Assembly (NCBI GenBank): GCA_951406725.2
Contig: OX597822.1
Location: forward strand, 34,162,001 to 34,226,000
Direction: 5' to 3'
From: Octopus vulgaris
Lineage: Eukaryota
Length of the DNA stretch: 64,000 nt
Each line of letters opens with the position of its first letter. Within the stretch, counting starts at the first letter, position 1. Positions 1-14,477 of the stretch are shown here, piece by piece. The notes below the pieces were generated by a model. The model was not told the DNA's origin. It worked only from the letters and a program-made list of their open reading frames with translations, and did not search any database. A program made the position numbers and the translations under genes.

Positions 1-160
1 CCCGACTCGCTAACGACTTTGCCATCACGCCGCCTTCATTGTTACTAAAAATAATATTTTGGAAACAAGCCAAATTGTCACAGGCCACAAGCTTACGAAA
101 AGTTTCTTACAGTACATCGGCAGTTATGTGGCGGTCACATCATTTCATTATGGGATATAT

Positions 161-329
161 GGAAGCACTCCGTCGGTTACGACGATGAGGGTTCCGGTTG
201 ATCCGAATCAACGGAACAGCCTGCTCGTGAAATTAACGTAAACACTCACAACGCCCGGTCTGGGAATCGAAACCGCGATCCTACGACCGCGAGTCCGCTG
301 CCCTAACCACTGGGCCATTGCGCCTCCAC
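161..329 (-). mobile_element. SINE family B, internally deleted (head plus tail)
   Basis: tRNA-like head GTGGAGGCGCAATGG; 15-bp TSD cacatcatttcatta at 136-150 and 327-341. Confidence 0.85.
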
Positions 330-677
330 ATCATTTCATTAAAACGCCTTCCTCAACGTTCATAACTTATGAATATACAACACCTGATATATGCCTTACG
401 TTATTTAACGGCAGTATTACTTTTCGAAACATTTTTTTAATTACCTAAATAAAAAAAAAAATTCTCCTAGAAACGCGAAAGGAATATTAAATTTTCTTCC
501 ACCTGTAAGTTATTTGCAATGAATGGATGACAACAAAAGTACAGCAGAGGTGCACCAACCTGGTGGTGGTGATGGGGACGCTGATCACGGTCACATAAAA
601 CATTAAGGACCAATAATACGAGTTGTACATCTCTTAAATGATAGCAATTCTCTTGACTAAAATATAAACAACTATAC

Positions 678-838
678 AGGCGCAGGAGTGGCTGTGTGGT
701 AAGTTGCTTGCTTACCAACCACATGGTTCTGGGTTCATTCCCACTGCGTGGCACCTTGGGCAAGGGTCTTCCACTATAGCCTCGGGCCGACCAAAGCCTT
801 GTGAGTGGATTTGGTAGACGGAAACTGAAAGAAGCCCG

Positions 839-886
<48 letters not shown>

Positions 887-994
887 ATCACGTGACTGAC
901 CAGACCATCAGATGTTGTTACACATCGCTGGTCACAATGGGTTCGCATTGTTTTAGCCTTCGAATGACGCCACCCCGCTGGCTAAGCGAGCAGG

Positions 995-1081
<87 letters not shown>

Positions 1082-1300
1082 GTGTATGTGTGTGTGTTTG
1101 TGTGTCTGTGTTTGTCCCCCCAACATCGCTTGACCGATGGTGGTGTGTTTACGTCCCCGTAACCTAGCGGTTCGGCAAAAAGAGACCGATAGAATAAATA
1201 CTAGGCTTACAAAGAATAAGTCCTGGGGGTGATTTGCTCGACTAAAGGCGGTGCTCTAGCATGGCCGCAGTCAAATGACTGAAACAAGTAAAAGACAAAA
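678..1300 (+). mobile_element. SINE family A (internal TA/TG microsatellite) with a nested family B tail
   Basis: Head aggcgcaggagtggctgtgtgg, accttgggcaag block, tail ggcggtgctc.agcatggccgcagtcaaatgactgaaac. Other copies or fragments at about 2240-2620(-), 18375-18662(-), 21563-21765(+), 44765-45130(+), 48003-48303(-), 55045-55662(-) and 56635-56745(+). Confidence 0.85.
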
Positions 1301-1590
1301 AAATAAAAGAGTTCGACTGACAGTTGAAATACCCGTATTCGTATAACGTAATCTATGTATGATAAATTTGTTGCTTCATACTGTATCCTAGTGAGTCTAG
1401 GACGTTTATCCATCATGGACAACAACTTCCCAAAAATAATTACCCTTGAGGACAACAGATTATGATTTAAAACTTCTTAATATATTGGAAAGGGGGTAAT
1501 TAACCAACGGGGTTAATTTTCCTAGGGGCTTGTTGTCGTCGGGGGGGTTGGGGTGATTGTCCTGATACGATTCTAGTATACTGTCACTGC

Positions 1591-1970
1591 GTGGAGGCGC
1601 AATGGCCCAGTGGTTAGGGCAGCGGACTCGCGGTCGTAGGATCGCGGTTTCGATTCCCAGACCGGGCGTTGTGAGTGTTTATTGAGCAAAAATAACTAAA
1701 GCTCCACGAGGCTCCGGCAGGGGATGGTGGTGATCCCTGCTGTACTCTTTCACCACAACTTTCTCTTACTTCCTGTTTCTGTTGTATCTGTATTTCAAAG
1801 GGCCGGCCTTATCACTCTCTTGTGTCACGCTGAATATCCCCGAGAACTACGTTAAGGGTGCACGTGTCTGTGGAGAGCTCAGCCACTTACACGTTAATTT
1901 CACGAGCAGGCTGTTCCGTTGATTCGGATCAACCGGAACCCTCGTCGTCGTAACCGACGGAGTGCTTCCA
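1591..1970 (+). mobile_element. SINE family B, full length
   Basis: A and B boxes (tggcccagtgg, gtttcgattcc); TSD actgtcactgc. Confidence 0.9.
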
Positions 1971-2174
1971 CTGTCACTGCACAGAATCATAAATTTTCCT
2001 TTATAAAACCATTTTAAGATATCTTTCAATAAGCGTATCTTTTATGTTTTACTTGTTTCAGTCATTGGATTGCGGCCATACTGGGGCACCACCTTCACGA
2101 GTGTAGTCGAATAATTGACTCCAGTATGATACTTATTCTATCAAGTGATGGCTATGGCGGCGGGCAAACATAAA

Positions 2175-2216
<42 letters not shown>

Positions 2217-2434
2217 CATACACGCTTGCATGTATATACTCTTTTATTTGTTTCAGTCATTTGACTGTAGCCATGCAGGAGCACCGCCTTTAGTCGAGCA
2301 AATCGACCCCAGGACTTATTCTTTGTAAGCCTAGTATTTATTTTATCGGTCTCTTTTGCCGAACCGCTAAGTTACGTGGACGTAAACATACCAACACCGG
2401 TAGTTAAGCGATGGCGGAGGGGGAACAAACACAG

Positions 2435-2489
<55 letters not shown>

Positions 2490-3939
2490 CGACGGACTTC
2501 TTTCAATTTCCGTCTACCACATCCAATCACAAGGCTTAGGTTGGCCCGAGGCTATAGCAGAAGACACTTGCCCAAGGTGCCACGCCGTGGAACTGAACTT
2601 GGAACCATGTGGTTGGTTAGCAAGCTTCCTGAAGATCTCCCATACAATTTCTACCAACCAAATTCTCTCAGAAGACAGTGATCGACTCGCAGCTCTGGTA
2701 GCAGATATTTGCCGCGCTGTGAAATTGAACGCGAAACCTCGTGGTTGCAAAGTGGGCTCCTTAACCACACAGCCATACCTGGGCCTATGACTAAACATTA
2801 AATTTTATCCCGACAAAGTATACTCGTAAAATATTAGCACGTCTTTTACGAGAGTGTGTTTTATACAGCGGCGCATACAGCAATTTCCCTATTTGGGTTG
2901 TCGCTGACTTCATTAGATTATTTCCTATGCGTCAAGGAAGCGGTATGTCTATAATTGTGATTTACTAGTCACGATAGAATGGACCACTTCCTATCTTTCC
3001 CACTCTATGAAGAGCTATTTCTCTTATTAGGACAGAACCTGTCTTCATCAGATCCTCAGCGGGAACCTGGTGAATCATTTGTATACACATAGAATGCATC
3101 AGTTTTTAAAGAGTCTAACTCATTCATTTCTTTCGAATCTGAAGAACTGCGTTGCTCATTGTCGAGCATGTGAATCATTTGTTTACATTTCAGATCCAAC
3201 ATTCATAATAAAGACTAATGCTTTCCATTCTTTCCCAACTAAAGAAGCGTCCTACACAAATCATTAAATAGCTCTTCTCTACATAGCATTCTAATTGATA
3301 TGTTTACCGTTTTGCGTTTTCACCAAATTCTTGGCAATAAATTTCTTTGAAGAATGAGGTAAAGGAGATAAAACTAAAGATACTAAGTGGAACACATGGG
3401 GTGTGATGACTAGGAAATATACTTTGAGTAGGGGGTGTCAATTTAAAACAATTTTCATATTTTTTTTTTAGATTGGAATTTCAAATGGTAAAACTTACTC
3501 TTCCATAAATCGAAATCGACTGGGAAAAATCGAATTTTCAAAAACCAGAGGCAACAGAATATGGAATTGAAATTCAAAATTAAGGATTAAAAAAAAAAAT
3601 GGTTATGACAATAGATCTAATAGTAAACAATATATATGTACGTACGGACGTCTATCTGTCTGTATGTATGTATATTTATATGTGTATATATGTATGAATG
3701 GATGCATTCAGATACATATATATATTCATGTGTGTGTGTGTGGGGGGGGTGAATATCATTGAGATAGAGGAATATATTTTAATATATTGTACAAACATGG
3801 AAGGCTCACATGCAATATTTAGATATTCAGTAATCAGATAACTTTTTATCCCGTGGTTTGCCAGGAAAATCCGAGTGCTTTAGAGGAGTTTTCCATGATT
3901 GTACATTATATTAATTTATATTATATTACATTATATTAT

Positions 3940-4260
3940 GTGGAGGCGCAATGACCTAGTGGTTAGGGCAGCGGACTCGCGGTCGTAGGATCGCGGTTTC
4001 GATTCTCAGACCGGGCGTTGTGAGTTAAGTCCCTACATCCATATTGAGCGAAAACACCTAAAAGCTCCACGATGCTCCGGCAGGGCGTGGTGATCCCTGC
4101 TGTACTCTTTCACAACACTTTCTCCCACTCTTTCGTCTGTTGGCCTGCTCGCTTAGCCAGCGGGGTGGCGTCATTCGAAGGCTAAAACAATGCGAACGCA
4201 TTGTGACCAGCGATGTGTAACAACATCTGATGGTCTGGTCGGTCACGTGATCACGTGATA
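3940..4260 (+). mobile_element. SINE family B head with an alternative tail
   Basis: Same head; the tail ends tcacgtgatcacgtga. The same tail lies reversed at about 880-998. Confidence 0.85.
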
Positions 4261-5216
4261 TTATGTATGTTCTTGATCCACTGAAGTATACAGTCGATTA
4301 AAAGGTGATATGGAACGAAAACCTGTATCATTTGTGTAACCCTGCTTCATATATGACAAAAATATATGAGGCTCGCATTCTTCAATGAGAAACATTTTCT
4401 CTCTCTCTCTCTCTCTCAGACTATCTGTCAGTCTATATGTATGTTTGTATACTTGTCCTAGTTTTAGCCTTTTTAAATCAAGATTTCCATCCTATATTCC
4501 TAAGAATTCTTTGCAGTCTGTTTGCGACCGTTAAGTCCCTACATCCATCATCAACGCTTCTAAGCTTTCGTAGCCTCATCTTCAGGACGAGGTGATATTG
4601 GTGTGTGTCGCTGCCTTTTTTTTTTAGTTGGCAGAGTCACTATAACTGATCACAACATTACCTTCGGAAGTCGAATTTTGACTGACCGTTAGCTTTGTAA
4701 GCCATTAACCAAGTTATTAGTTTTGTTCGTGACTAATGAATATCGACAGCGTATTTAGTATAGCATCGTGATATATTATCAGTGTTATCTTCATAATCTA
4801 TCTACGACTATTGTGGAAAAATCTGTATAGAATATATATATATTATTCATTAATGTTTTCCTGCCTAGATCTGCTTTGTATTTTTTGTTCTCGACGGACG
4901 CTTTAATGAAAACCGGAAGTGATCGATTAATCTAGTCGATCTTTTATCCTGGCTGTTAAGAAAGGCCTCGTGTTTCAATAACGGTGTATATTTTCTTATT
5001 GCGAAGCTAAAAATATGTTTAAAATCATATATAAGTTTGTTTAGAAATTTTATCGATACCGTTAAGAAAAGTAAAACTGCGTTTAAATCAACGTGAGAGC
5101 TCCCTTATATTCGACCTGCAAGAAATAGACGCTAAATATCTTTCAAATGATATCCTATCCTCTTTAAAAGTTTAAAAATGGCGTATTGCATAATCTAGCC
5201 ACAGAAATGCTACACA

Positions 5217-5277
<61 letters not shown>

Positions 5278-6154
5278 ATATTACAAAGTGAGATAGGGGT
5301 TATGAGTGTAACCCACTATGGGATATCATTTATCCAATATACAGCCAGTAAAGAACCCAGAAGGCTAATGCATAAATGCTAAGAATTGCAATGCAATTAA
5401 TTCATTTATTGTATTATATGGGCGAAGGTAAAATGTTTTACCTCAAATTCATAATACAAAATAAGAAAATGGAGGAATAGATTTCTTACAATCATCAACT
5501 TCCAGATAATACCAATTCATATAATTTATTAACTAATTATTTAGATTAAATAGGAACATCCAAATCCAACAGAATAAGACAGAATAAAACAATATATATC
5601 AATAAGTAAGATATCCATTTTCTTATTTTGTAATATATTATATATATATGTATGTATTTACACATGTACACACACATATACATACATGCCCAAAATACGC
5701 ATATATACTAACATTCATTTATGTGTGAGTATGTGTGTGTGTGTGTGTGTGCGCGTGCGTGCGCGTGTACGCGCGCGTGTGTGTGTGCGAAGTGAAAAAC
5801 AAAAGACACGAAGATGGATATAACACCTTTAATCATAAATCTGCTTGATCTCTAGGGTGAGCTGGATCTAAACATCATCATCATCGTCGTCATCATCATC
5901 AACAACAACGTAAGCTCATCCCCACTTTATAAGATCCTATCAGATTAATGATGAGTCCAGGTGTGGCTGAGTTCGCTTCGCATCGCCATCCTTGAACGCT
6001 TAACTATGAGTTCAGGATGATCCAAGCCTTGTAAATAGAATCAGGTAGACGGAAGCTGTGGGAGTTCGTTTCCGGATTCAAGAAGTTTTGGTCTCGTCAC
6101 ACATTATGTCAACATCAATTCTGTATGAGAAGTGTTATAAGGGTACGAAGGCGA

Positions 6155-6385
6155 AGGTGGCGAGCTGGCAGAGTCGTTAGCACGCCGGGCGAAATGCGTA
6201 GCTGTATTTCGTCTGCCGTTACGTCCTGAGTTCAAATTCCGCCGAGGTCTACTTTGCCTTTCATCCTTTCGGGGTCGATAAATTAAGTACCAGTTACGCA
6301 CTGGGGTCGATGTAATCGACTTAATCCGTTTGTCTGTCCTTGTTTGTCCCCTCTATGTTTAGCCCCTTGTGGGCAATAAAGAAAC
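6155..6385 (+). mobile_element. SINE family C (Meta/MESC-like central domain)
   Basis: ggcgagctggcaga head and a gcctttcatcctttcggggtcgataaattaagtaccag domain. Other copies at about 17060-17800(-), 18970-19200, 41270-41472(-), 41956-42220, 47280-47402(-) and 54330-54465. Confidence 0.85.
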
Positions 6386-6910
6386 AGTATCATAAGGGTA
6401 CGAATATCTACGGAACACTCAACCACTTACACGTTAACATAGCGACCAGATAGCTCAGTGGAACGGATAAGTCAATGCTCATCATAGCAGCCGACAGAAG
6501 ATCCATAAGTGCCGATGATGGCGAAGCTCCAGCATTGCCATTACCAATTGATAGGTGGCACAAATTAAGAAAAATACGTTGTCCTTCCTTTGTTGTTACT
6601 GTTGTTTAACTGTAGGTCAGTCCCGTTTAAGCAAACTTAGTGATAAATGGCATTCTATTCGTGACCTTCCACCTTTTTCTTATTTTCCAGACAACGTATC
6701 TGGGTCATGCAAACGTGTCTTTAAGCTATTACTTTTTTTTATTGCGGTAGAATGTAGTTTGTAGGAGATTTGGCTGCTATCTTTTGCATCGTAGGAAACC
6801 ATAGAAGGCTTACCTGCTGACTTGCGTCAATATAGTGGAGTTAAGTGTACAAACTGTCGAATGCGAAATTTGGTTTCACTTTCGGTTCCTAACAGTGGTA
6901 TAAAAAGTAT

Positions 6911-7298
6911 GTGGAGGCGCAATGGCCCAGTGGTTAGGGCAGCGGACTCGCGGTCATAGGATCGCGGTTTCGATTCCCAGACCGGGCTTTGTGAGTGTTT
7001 ATTGAGCGAAAACACCTAAAAAGCTCCACGAGGCTCCGGCAGGGCATGGTGGTGATCCCTGCTGTACTCTTTCACCACAACTTTCTCTCACTCTTACTTC
7101 CTGTTTCTGTTGTACCTGTATTTCAAAGGGCCGGCCTTGTCACTCTCTGTGTCACGCTGAATATCCCCGAGAACTACGTTAAGGGTGCACGTGTCTGTGG
7201 AGTGCTCAGCCACTTACACGTTAATTTCACGAGCAGGCTGTTCCGTTGATTCGGATCAACCGGAACCCTCATCGTCGTAACCGACAGAGTGCTTCCAC
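6911..7298 (+). mobile_element. SINE family B, full length
   Basis: Near-identical to 8177-8562; TSD ataaaaagtat. Confidence 0.9.
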
Positions 7299-7818
7299 AT
7301 AAAAAGTATAAAGGAATAAAAGAATAAAATGAATTAAAGAATAAAAGGAAAGATATATTTGAACCTGGCTCGGGGTTTCGTTCCCGAAATGAGCCAATTA
7401 AGGATAACCAAAACATCCAACATTATCAGTTATTATAAATAGTTCCCAACCATTTACCACGACCCTCACTCTTCACCACTCAGAGATGTTGCCGTATTCT
7501 CTGAAAATGTTTTCTCGCATTCCCGGGGGGGTGGGGGGGGGGGTGCAGACACTTCCAGGTTAAAACCTCTGTTGTAAATTGTAAAGCATTCCTTCTGAAA
7601 ATGTGTCACACACGTCACACGGTTAGGAAAGAAATGATTCAATACAAATATAAAAAAAAATATTCTTGTGTGATCATAAAAAAGATTTGTTCGTGACCGC
7701 TGGGGTCAACATTGACAAAGGACATATTTGCTAACATTCATATGTGGGTGTGCGTGTGTGTCTGTGTGTGTGCATGCGTGTGCGTGTGTGTGCGTGTGCG
7801 TGCGAGTGTACCCGCGTA

Positions 7819-7850
<32 letters not shown>

Positions 7851-8176
7851 TGTGTGTGTGTGCGAACTGAAAAACAAAAGACCCGAAGATGAATATAACA
7901 CCTTTAATCATAAGTCTGCTTGATCTCAAGGGCGCCCTGGATCTAAACATCAGCATCATCATCATCATCATCATCAACATCAACAACTCTGACAAAAGAA
8001 AAAAAAACCCCTAAATTTATCAATCAAGGCAATTTCAAGACAATATGCAAAGCAAAGAAGAAAAGACGTTAGGTCCTTACTGAATCCAATCTATAACTCA
8101 TTAGTTTGGCTTGTGGCGGGGATGGGCGAAGGAGCGAGGGTAGTCTGCCTTTATGGCGGGGTGGTACTTTTGCGGT

Positions 8177-8562
8177 GTGGAGGCGCAATGGCCCAGTGGT
8201 TAGGGCAGCGGACTCGCGGTCATAGGATCGCGGTTTCGATTCCCAGACCGGGCGTTGTGAGTGTTTATTGAGCGAAAACACCTAAAAGCTCCACGAGGCT
8301 CCGGCAGGGGATGGTGGTGATCCCTGCTGTACTCTTTCACCACAACTTTCTCTCACTCTTACTTCCTGTTTCTGTTGTATCTGTATTTCAAAGGGCCGGC
8401 CTTGTCACTCTCTGTGTCACGCTGAATATCCCCGAGAACTACGTTAAGGGTACACGTGTCTGTGGAGTGCTCAGCCACTTACACGTTAATTTCACGAGCA
8501 GGCTGTTCCGTTGATTCGGATCAACCGGAACCCACGTCGTCGTAAACGATGGAGTGCTTCCA
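8177..8562 (+). mobile_element. SINE family B, full length
   Basis: TSD acttttgcggt. Confidence 0.9.
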
Positions 8563-8730
8563 CACACTTTTGCGGTCTGCTGTATAAGGATGCATAGAGA
8601 GTAGGGTTCCAGTGAGTGGAAGTGACAAACTCAAGGGCTGCTCCCTACGGCATGCATCCTGGTTACGTCACAGCTATAAATCTTTCTTCTTTGGTTTCTT
8701 GATTCCCATTAGAGTGCAGTCTCAGAGGCA

Positions 8731-8786
8731 CACGTCGGGGGTACACGTCGGGGTACACGTCGGGGTACACGTCGGGGCACACGTCG
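8731..8786. repeat. 12-bp tandem repeat (cacgtcggggta)n
   Basis: About 4.5 copies read directly. Confidence 0.9.
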
Positions 8787-8832
8787 CGTCATGAGCATAA
8801 AAATCTGGCAGGGCCCATCCCTCGCCAGATCT

Positions 8833-8833
<1 letters not shown>

Positions 8834-8919
<86 letters not shown>

Positions 8920-9066
8920 GGTGGGAGGGGGAGTGAAAGAAGATAGCGATGACAAAAAGGACAACAGCGAGGATAACGATGAGGTTGATGATGATGATGA
9001 TGATGGTGATGATGTTGATGGTGATGATGTTGATGATGATGATGATGATGATGATGTTGATGATGT

Positions 9067-9101
<35 letters not shown>

Positions 9102-9137
9102 TTGATGATGATGATGATGATGATGTTGATGATGTTC

Positions 9138-9170
<33 letters not shown>

Positions 9171-9288
9171 TTGATGATGATGATGATGATGATGATGTTG
9201 ATGATGATGATGATGATGATGATGTTGATGATGATGATGATGTTGATGATGATGATGATGATGATGTTGATGATGATGATGATGATGT

Positions 9289-9340
<52 letters not shown>

Positions 9341-9344
9341 GATG

Positions 9345-9378
<34 letters not shown>

Positions 9379-9390
9379 GGATGATGATGT

Positions 9391-9454
<64 letters not shown>

Positions 9455-9513
9455 GATGTTGATGATGATGATGTTGATGATGTTGATGATGATGTTGGTG
9501 ATGATGATGATGT

Positions 9514-9566
<53 letters not shown>

Positions 9567-9640
9567 TTGATGATGATGTTGATGTTGATGATGATGATGT
9601 TGATGATGATGTAGATGATGATGATGATGATGATGATAAC
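8834..9640. repeat. (GA)n followed by about 650 bp of (GAT)n with GTT interruptions
   Basis: Direct reading of the sequence. Confidence 0.97.
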
Positions 9641-10090
9641 GACGGTGATATGACCCTTGCACCATTATGCAAATAAGTTTGTGGCCGAGGTATATAATTG
9701 TCGACGTCAAGGTGGTGGTGGTGCTATGAAATTAGACATGTGGCCTGAGCTACTAACTTCGGCCGAAACTTATCTAAATAATCTAAGTAATCTTACATTT
9801 TAATATGTAGCTTTCAATTTACTACGTATTATCGCTAGTTCTGAGTGTACAGGAGACGAGAGTCAGTTCGAACCTCATTTGAAGCTTGCGAATAGGCCCT
9901 CGTGGGACTAATTTCACAACGAGATTACATTCGTCTGAGTGTTGGGCCTGTATATTTTATTTATTACCTCAGTAATGAAGCTGTTTGAGAATGGTTTAAT
10001 CGTTGTCAACGTGTAAAAGGAGGAGCCGACAGTGTTGGCGAAGATAAACATCCAACAGGCAACCTAACTTTGGGTTTGGTTTCACATTGG

Positions 10091-10092
<2 letters not shown>

Positions 10093-10169
<77 letters not shown>

Positions 10170-10440
10170 ATATGTACGCACCTACACATATAAAAATATA
10201 TAATTCTTCCGCGTTCCACCGTTATGAGGTATACACAAACACGTACACACACACACACACGTACACGTACACACACGTACACGTACACACACGTACACGT
10301 ACACACACGTACACGTACACACACGTACACGTACACACACGTACACGTACACACACGTACACGTACACACACGTACACGTACACACACGTACACACACGT
10401 ACACGTACACACACGTACACGTACACACACGTACACACGC
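10093..10440. repeat. (CA)n and (ACACACACGTACACGT)n alternating purine-pyrimidine tracts
   Basis: Direct reading of the sequence. Confidence 0.95.
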
Positions 10441-10508
10441 TCAAGCATGTGCGGTAAGACAAACAGACAGACGAATGTGTGTAAGTGTATGTGTATATAT
10501 ATGTGTAC

Positions 10509-10545
<37 letters not shown>

Positions 10546-10966
10546 TTATATATGAATGTATGCATGTACGTATATATATATAACATATGTACCTATGCAT
10601 ATATATATATATATATATACACACACATATGTATGTATGTATGTGTGTATGTATGTATGTATGTATATGTTTGTTGTGCTTGTTGTGTGTATTGTGTATG
10701 TTCATGTTTACGTATTAACGAGTGGGTTTGGAAAATAATCTGAAAATATTTTACATCTGACAGCTTACACTTGGTATGTGTCGAATATACACGCGTATAT
10801 ACTTGTATATACACGTAGGTGTATATGAGGTATAGCTACATTCATATGTAACTGATTGTGTATACATGCATACTTACATATTTACATATGTGAGCGTGTA
10901 TACATACATACATGTATATATATATATAGTTCTTATGTTTATATATATATATAAATAAAAATAAAC

Positions 10967-11050
<84 letters not shown>

Positions 11051-11507
11051 TTTGCGTATGGTAGATGAGTTATAAGTATATATTTATGTGTTTAAGTCCT
11101 CATTAAATTCTATATTTCTCACTATATACATATACATGTGTATATGCGTGTATGTATGTATGTATATAGAACACACACTGCGTGCGCACACGTACACATA
11201 CTCACACACACTCACACTCACACACACACATACACATACATACGCACGTACTCACAGGCACACCTCTTTCTCTCTCTCTCTCTCTGCAACGAATACGTCG
11301 ATCCGGTGAGATTCAAGTTTCACAATTACCATATATAGTTGGCCAACCTCTTCACACACACGACTGTCTTGGAGAGACAATGAGAGATGCTGAGAGAAGA
11401 TGGGGCGCGTGCTTCAAGGGATGGGGGGCAGGGATCGACGAGATGGGAACATTTACTGCCATGAGGAAGATGTTTCGGTGATGTTGGTGCTGGTAGTGGC
11501 GTTGTTG

Positions 11508-11539
<32 letters not shown>

Positions 11540-11672
11540 GATATAGGTTTGGCGGTGGAAGCAGAGTAATCAACAGGCTTGATGTTGTTATCGCTTAGAC
11601 CCTGGATCAGCGCTTAATAAAACGACGGTCCAGCTATGACAGTCCTGTATTTTATCCAAACTGTTTCTCTGC

Positions 11673-11776
<104 letters not shown>

Positions 11777-11866
11777 CTATCTAACTTTTTTCTTTCTTGA
11801 TCGTCTTCGTGTACGTAAAGAAACCAACACTGATTGTCAAGCGATACTGGGGGCTATATCTCTCTG

Positions 11867-11972
<106 letters not shown>

Positions 11973-11984
11973 TTCTCTTTTTCT

Positions 11985-12470
11985 CTTTTACTTGTTTCAG
12001 TCATTTGACTGCGGCCATGCTGGAGCACCGCCTTTAGTCGAGCAAATCGACCCTGGGACTTATTCTTTTGTAAGCCCAGTACTTATTCTATCGGTCTCTT
12101 TTGCCGAACCGCTAAGTGACGGGGACATAAACATACCAGCATCGGTTGTTAAGCAATGCTAGAGGGACAAACACAGACACACAAACATATACACACACAT
12201 ACATACATATATACGACAGGCTTCTTTATGTATGTATATATGTATATATATATATATATATATTACTCTTTTACTCTTTTACTTGTTTCAGTCATTTGAC
12301 TGCGGCCATGCTAGAGCACCGCCTTTAATCGAGCAACTCAACCCCGGGACTTATTCTTTGTACGCCCAGTACTTATTCTATCGGTCTCTTTTGCCGAGCC
12401 GCTAAGTGACGGGGACATAAGCACACCAGCATTGGTTGTCAAGCAATGCTAGGGGGACAAACACAGACAC

Positions 12471-12536
<66 letters not shown>

Positions 12537-12697
12537 GACGGACTTCCATTCAGTTTCCGTCTACCAAATCCACTCACAAGACATTGGTCGGCACGGGGCT
12601 ATAGCAGAAGACACGTGCCCAAGATGCCACGCAGTGGGACTGAACCCGGAACCATGTGGTTGGTTAGCAAGCTACTTACCACACAGCCACTCCTGCA

Positions 12698-12773
<76 letters not shown>

Positions 12774-13020
12774 TATATATAAATATATGCATGTATATGT
12801 TTATATATATATATCTATGTTTGTATGTGTGTTAGTCCCTACACCATCGCCTGACAACCGATGTTGGTGTGTTTACGTCCCCGCAACTTAGCGGTTCGGC
12901 AAAAGGGACGGTAGAATAAGTACCAGACTTACAAAGAATAAGTCTATGGGTCTGTTTCTTCGACTAAAAGGCGGTGCACCAGTATGCCCACTGTCAAAAT
13001 GACTGAAACAAGTAAAAAAA
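11985..13020 (-). mobile_element. Cluster of SINE family A copies (two minus-strand copies and one plus-strand tail)
   Basis: Repeated tttcagtcatttgactgcggccatgct blocks and a head ending near 12700. Confidence 0.85.
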
Positions 13021-13243
13021 AAAAAAAAAAAGAAGAGTATATATGCGACAGACTTCCTTCAGTTTTCGTCTACCAAATCAACGTTCAAGACTGGGTCCGG
13101 GGCGATGGTAGAAGACATTTGTCTAAGGTGTCACGCAGTGGGACTGAACCCGAAATCCGGTACTTATTTTATTGTTTGCTTTTGCCGAACCTCTACTCTA
13201 CGTGTATGTAAAAAAACCAACACTGATTGTCAAGCGATACTGG

Positions 13244-13434
<191 letters not shown>

Positions 13435-13597
13435 GTGTATGTGTATATGTACGTACACATATATACGACGAGCTTCCATTCTGATTCCAGAGCTGTAGAA
13501 GACAGTTGCCCAACTTTGCACGCACTGGAACTGAACCCGCAGTCATGTAGTAGCAAAGCGAGCTTCTTAACATCACACCCTTGCATGCGTCTATATA

Positions 13598-13677
<80 letters not shown>

Positions 13678-13953
13678 TGTGTGCGTACGGAGCGAAAATG
13701 AGCTAAGAAAAAAATAACGCGAGAGTATCCAGTCTCATGTATTTAAAGAGCAAAGGAAAAGAAGGCTATATTAAGTTCAATACAAGAGAACTTCTTGCTT
13801 TCTTAGAAATGATATACGTTGAAGGGATGGCAGAACAATCTCTTGGTGGCAACTGGGATCGGTTCCAAATGGGTTGTGGAGATAATCTCTCTAGAGCCAG
13901 GTATTGACAAACCATCACAGACTGACTGGAAACAAGTGCCTTAACTCAACTGT

Positions 13954-13989
<36 letters not shown>

Positions 13990-14159
13990 GACACACACAC
14001 ACCGACACACACTCACTCACTCACTCACACACACACACGTATACACACAAAAACAAACATGTATGTATTTCCGTGTATACATGCACATATGTAAGCATGT
14101 GTGTATGTGTGTTGTGTGTGTGTGTGTGTGTATATATATGTATATACATATATGTATGC

Positions 14160-14231
<72 letters not shown>

Positions 14232-14402
14232 GTATATATACATTCATACACATTTATGTATGTACGGCTGGACGCCGTTGATGCAGGTCTGACCAAGCAG
14301 AGCTACGCCAAAGATGTTTCATCCGTAGCCATCATGCCGGTTTATATATGGCGAGCAATATTTCATTTTTCAATGGCTCATTCTCTATTTAAGACTGCAC
14401 AT

Positions 14403-14443
14403 TCATCATCATCATCACCACCACCATCACCACCACCACCACC

Positions 14444-14477
<34 letters not shown>

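Noticed and set aside
1591-1665. tRNA-like sequences at SINE 5' ends
   Set aside because: They are SINE heads continuous with SINE bodies and TSDs, not stand-alone tRNA genes.
8709-9710. Poly-His, poly-Asp, poly-Met and poly-Ser ORFs
   Set aside because: Reading frames of a (GAT)n microsatellite; open on both strands with no unique coding context.
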